Source of the DNA: a virus
Virus genome (UHGV): UHGV-1372004
Length of the DNA stretch: 37,243 bases
Direction: 5' to 3' (one strand)
In this document: piece by piece, positions 34,799-37,243 of the stretch
Layout of the letters: each line of letters starts with the position of its first letter
Numbering within the stretch: position 1 is the stretch's first letter
Position numbers and translations under genes: made by a program
The notes under the pieces: model-generated
Told to the model about the DNA's origin: nothing
Database searches by the model: none
Seen by the model: only the letters and a program-made list of their open reading frames with translations

Positions 34799-36106
34799 TT
34801 AAAACATTCTTCTGATTTTGTTCCGCTGCTCTTTAGTAACGGTTGATTTCTTTTTGGCCCACATGTCTTCGTTGAAGGCGTATCTTGTCGCATCAATCGT
34901 ATGGTTATCTTTATCCTCTAACCTTGGCTTAGGATTTCCATCACGATCTGTTTGATAGTCGATGTTCTCGAATTCCTTAGCAATATTCGGAGTGCGTAGT
35001 GGATCAATACAAATAAAAGCCAAATCATCTAGCCACTGTTCACCGTACTCAACAGAATCAGGTCCTTTTTTCACGCCTTTTATTCCTTTCATGCCATGTT
35101 CATTAACTAATTCAGCATTACTCTTTGGCTCTGCGCTATCTGAAAATATCTCCTCATTTTGGTAACCTTTAGATTTAGCTTTGTTTGCAAATTCTCTATT
35201 GCTGATCTTCACGCCGTAAATTTCATCGATTGCATAAATACCGTTTTTCTTTTTGTCATAATGCCATCTGACGAACGCTAAAGGATCCGTTGCATATCCA
35301 TAGTCCAAACCGTTGCGGATGTTATCAAAGTTAGAGATCATTTCATCTGTAATAGAACCTTTCTTAACTTGTAGATTATCAAAAGGTACAACTCCTGACC
35401 CCACAGCTTTACCATCATATTCCCACTCAGCCCTTCTTGGATTCCTTGCTCTAGTTGCCTCAACTTCTTTCAGAAATTCCTTAGAGATGAATGGATTATC
35501 CCGATAGGTCGAGTGATGAATAAAAGTGTTGTCTGGTTGAAAAGAAGTCTCATATTTTTTATTTACCCAAGATTGTTTTCTCTTAGGTGGATTGTAGCTG
35601 TAAAAAAACTTATAAAAAAGACCATCATCTAATTCTCCACGTAAAAGGGAGTTCGTGATAGTCGTGACTTCATCTTCTGTTTTAAATTCTGCTAATTCTT
35701 CAATCCAACCTATAGCAAATGGAAACTTGCTATCTTTTAAAGACTTGATTCGTTCTGGGTTTTGAGCACCACGAAATATCATATAATTCCCTCTTGGAAG
35801 ATAAGTAATTTTAAGTGGTGACTTATTAAACTTAAATAGGCGCGATACTCCCTGCTTCTCAATTGCCCATTTCATTTGTTCGTAAATAGATTGCTCAAGT
35901 GTATTATCAACATAACGTATACCTACAGCATTCACTGCATATCTCATAAGTAACTGAGTAACGATATGCGCTATATCTGATGATTTTCCTGAACCCCGGC
36001 CACCTTTACAAACTATATTAAGAATATCTTGATTTAAAGTTGCTCTCCATACTGAATGAAACTTCGGCGGAAGAAATTCAGATAGTTTTTTAGCCATCAT
36101 CATCAC
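34799..36106 (-). CDS. terL: terminase large subunit (Terminase_3 / XtmB-PBSX-like, headful type)
   Basis: Walker A GGRGSGKS near the N-terminus; C-terminal nuclease Asp motifs; overlaps the TerS 3' end. Confidence 0.9.
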   Translation of the reverse strand: MMMMAKKLSEFLPPKFHSVWRATLNQDILNIVCKGGRGSGKSSDIAHIVTQLLMRYAVNAVGIRYVDNTLEQSIYEQMKWAIEKQGVSRLFKFNKSPLKITYLPRGNYMIFRGAQNPERIKSLKDSKFPFAIGWIEELAEFKTEDEVTTITNSLLRGELDDGLFYKFFYSYNPPKRKQSWVNKKYETSFQPDNTFIHHSTYRDNPFISKEFLKEVEATRARNPRRAEWEYDGKAVGSGVVPFDNLQVKKGSITDEMISNFDNIRNGLDYGYATDPLAFVRWHYDKKKNGIYAIDEIYGVKISNREFANKAKSKGYQNEEIFSDSAEPKSNAELVNEHGMKGIKGVKKGPDSVEYGEQWLDDLAFICIDPLRTPNIAKEFENIDYQTDRDGNPKPRLEDKDNHTIDATRYAFNEDMWAKKKSTVTKEQRNKIRRMF

Positions 36107-36545
36107 TACTTATATCATCAATGAAAGTAGGTATTTCAGAAATTTCAACTTTCTGCTTATCTACAAATGCTGCGTTTATTTTATAATAGTGCTCAAGTGC
36201 TTGGTTACGTTCTTTGAAACCTGCTGAATATTCACTCACTTCACGTTCTATGATTTCGTTTGTATAAGGATCTCTCTTAACAACTTCAAAGCGTTGTGGT
36301 TCTCCTTTTGCAATAGAAGCAGTAATAGCCAAAGCTTCTTCCATTGTTAAATGCCTCTTAGTTTGAACTTCTTTTAGCTTCTCTTGAATGTAGTCGGATA
36401 CTTTTCCACCTTTTTCCACCAATTTTTCTTGTGCGTTCTTAGCGTAGTTTTCTTTATAGCCAGCTTTCAGTGCTGACTGATAAGCATTGCCTGTGATGAT
36501 GTACTCATCAGCAAAGGCTTGTTGCTTAGGATTCAACTTACTCAT
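36090..36545 (-). CDS. terS: terminase small subunit (P27/Terminase_2 family)
   Basis: MSKLNPKQQAFADEYIITGNAYQSALKAGY is the canonical N-terminal HTH of this family. Confidence 0.8.
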   Translation of the reverse strand: MSKLNPKQQAFADEYIITGNAYQSALKAGYKENYAKNAQEKLVEKGGKVSDYIQEKLKEVQTKRHLTMEEALAITASIAKGEPQRFEVVKRDPYTNEIIEREVSEYSAGFKERNQALEHYYKINAAFVDKQKVEISEIPTFIDDISSDDDG

Positions 36546-36570
36546 TTTCCATCACCACCTTTGTTATATG

Positions 36571-36795
36571 TTAATGATATTTTTTTATATTTGTCTGTAT
36601 GTTCTGCTCACTAAAATATCCATGGCCACAGTAACGAAGATTGTACTTATCGATCTCATTTGGTGTAGCTTCTCTGGTCATTTCAATGATGGAGTATTTC
36701 TTTTTGATTTGGACTGACTGAACTGAACGAACCGAATCTTGTTCGCTTGATTGCGGATATCTATTTGATAGTGATATATACCAGTAGTTTCTCAT
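36571..36795 (-). CDS. hypothetical small protein upstream of terS
   Basis: 74 aa ORF. Confidence 0.4.
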   Translation of the reverse strand: MRNYWYISLSNRYPQSSEQDSVRSVQSVQIKKKYSIIEMTREATPNEIDKYNLRYCGHGYFSEQNIQTNIKKYH

Positions 36796-36801
36796 TATGT
36801 A

Positions 36802-37014
36802 TCACTCTTTCTGTTGGTTGTTGGCAGAAAAGGTTCGCATCATAAATTCCATAGCCTGTGCGTCATTAAATCCTTGCAGAATAAGCTGATCGTAGAAATA
36901 CTTAGCTTGTTTTGCGATTAACGCTAAGCTTTTTTGAGTTTCATAGAATGTCGCCTCCATTGTTTTGTTTGCTTCATTTGTTTTAAACAACTCTCTTAAT
37001 TGGTTTTCGTTCAT
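36802..37014 (-). CDS. hypothetical small protein, first ORF of the late transcript
   Basis: 70 aa; RBS GAAAGGGGAG; preceded by an intrinsic terminator. Confidence 0.45.
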   Translation of the reverse strand: MNENQLRELFKTNEANKTMEATFYETQKSLALIAKQAKYFYDQLILQGFNDAQAMEFMMRTFSANNQQKE

Positions 37015-37030
37015 TTGTTTACTCCCCTTT

Positions 37031-37060
37031 CAAAATAAAAAGACCACTCAAAGAGTGATC
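37031..37060 (-). terminator. intrinsic terminator on the minus strand, about 15 nt upstream of the first late-operon RBS
   Basis: on the minus strand GATCACTC-ttt-GAGTGGTC followed by TTTTTATTTTG. Confidence 0.5.
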
Positions 37061-37243
37061 TAATATGTAATAGCAACCTACACACAGGCGGTTATCCTGT
37101 TCCTCCCTAGGGCTCGCACCACACGAGTTCATACCACCCTCGGTTGCTAACGAATACTGAAACAGAATACCGTCTCTGTTCATGACCAACGCGACAGTAC
37201 AAAGCTTTGTCGCAAGCAGGTTATCGTATTCCTAATAACCCCA

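Noticed and set aside
37199-37222. Group II intron domain V or a group I intron core in the structured region
   Set aside because: No match to the conserved domain V shape (about 34 nt with the AGC triad and GNRA loop); no interrupted host gene and no intron-encoded RT or homing endonuclease nearby.

Overview
The window reads as one complete temperate siphovirus (lambdoid-type) genome of a low-GC Firmicute, probably a Lactobacillales or Enterococcus-type host. It is written as a circular permutation: the gene order only makes sense if position 37243 joins position 1. Modules in order: (i) late-regulator and early-gene region on the minus strand (1182..9584: ArpU-like regulator, YopX, replisome organizer with in-gene iterons, Sak-like annealing protein, Cro-like repressor, Bro-N/KilAC antirepressor); (ii) lysogeny switch on the plus strand (9882..12184: cI-like repressor, ImmA/IrrE metallopeptidase, tyrosine integrase), followed by an attP-like region with arm-type direct repeats; (iii) a roughly 3 kb moron/accessory island (12533..15159) with a PH–SHOCT two-gene cassette, a complete tRNA-Met(CAT) on the minus strand, and a small-protein + GNAT-like cassette; (iv) lysis module on the minus strand (15206..16693: signal-peptide amidase endolysin and two holins); (v) a continuous minus-strand late operon (16757..37014: receptor-binding and baseplate proteins carrying glycerophosphodiesterase and metallophosphoesterase domains, a tail lysin with an M23 and a lysozyme-like domain, distal tail protein, tape measure, tail chaperones with a −1 frameshift, major tail, connectors, major capsid with an apparent −1 frameshift into an Ig-like Big_2 extension, scaffold, MuF-like head protein, portal, TerL, TerS). 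A GC-richer non-coding stretch of about 550 nt spans the window ends, with a minus-strand intrinsic terminator immediately upstream of the late operon. No host genes, rRNA genes or CRISPR arrays are present. All calls come from reading the sequence and the ORF translations and remembering family motifs; no database searches were run.
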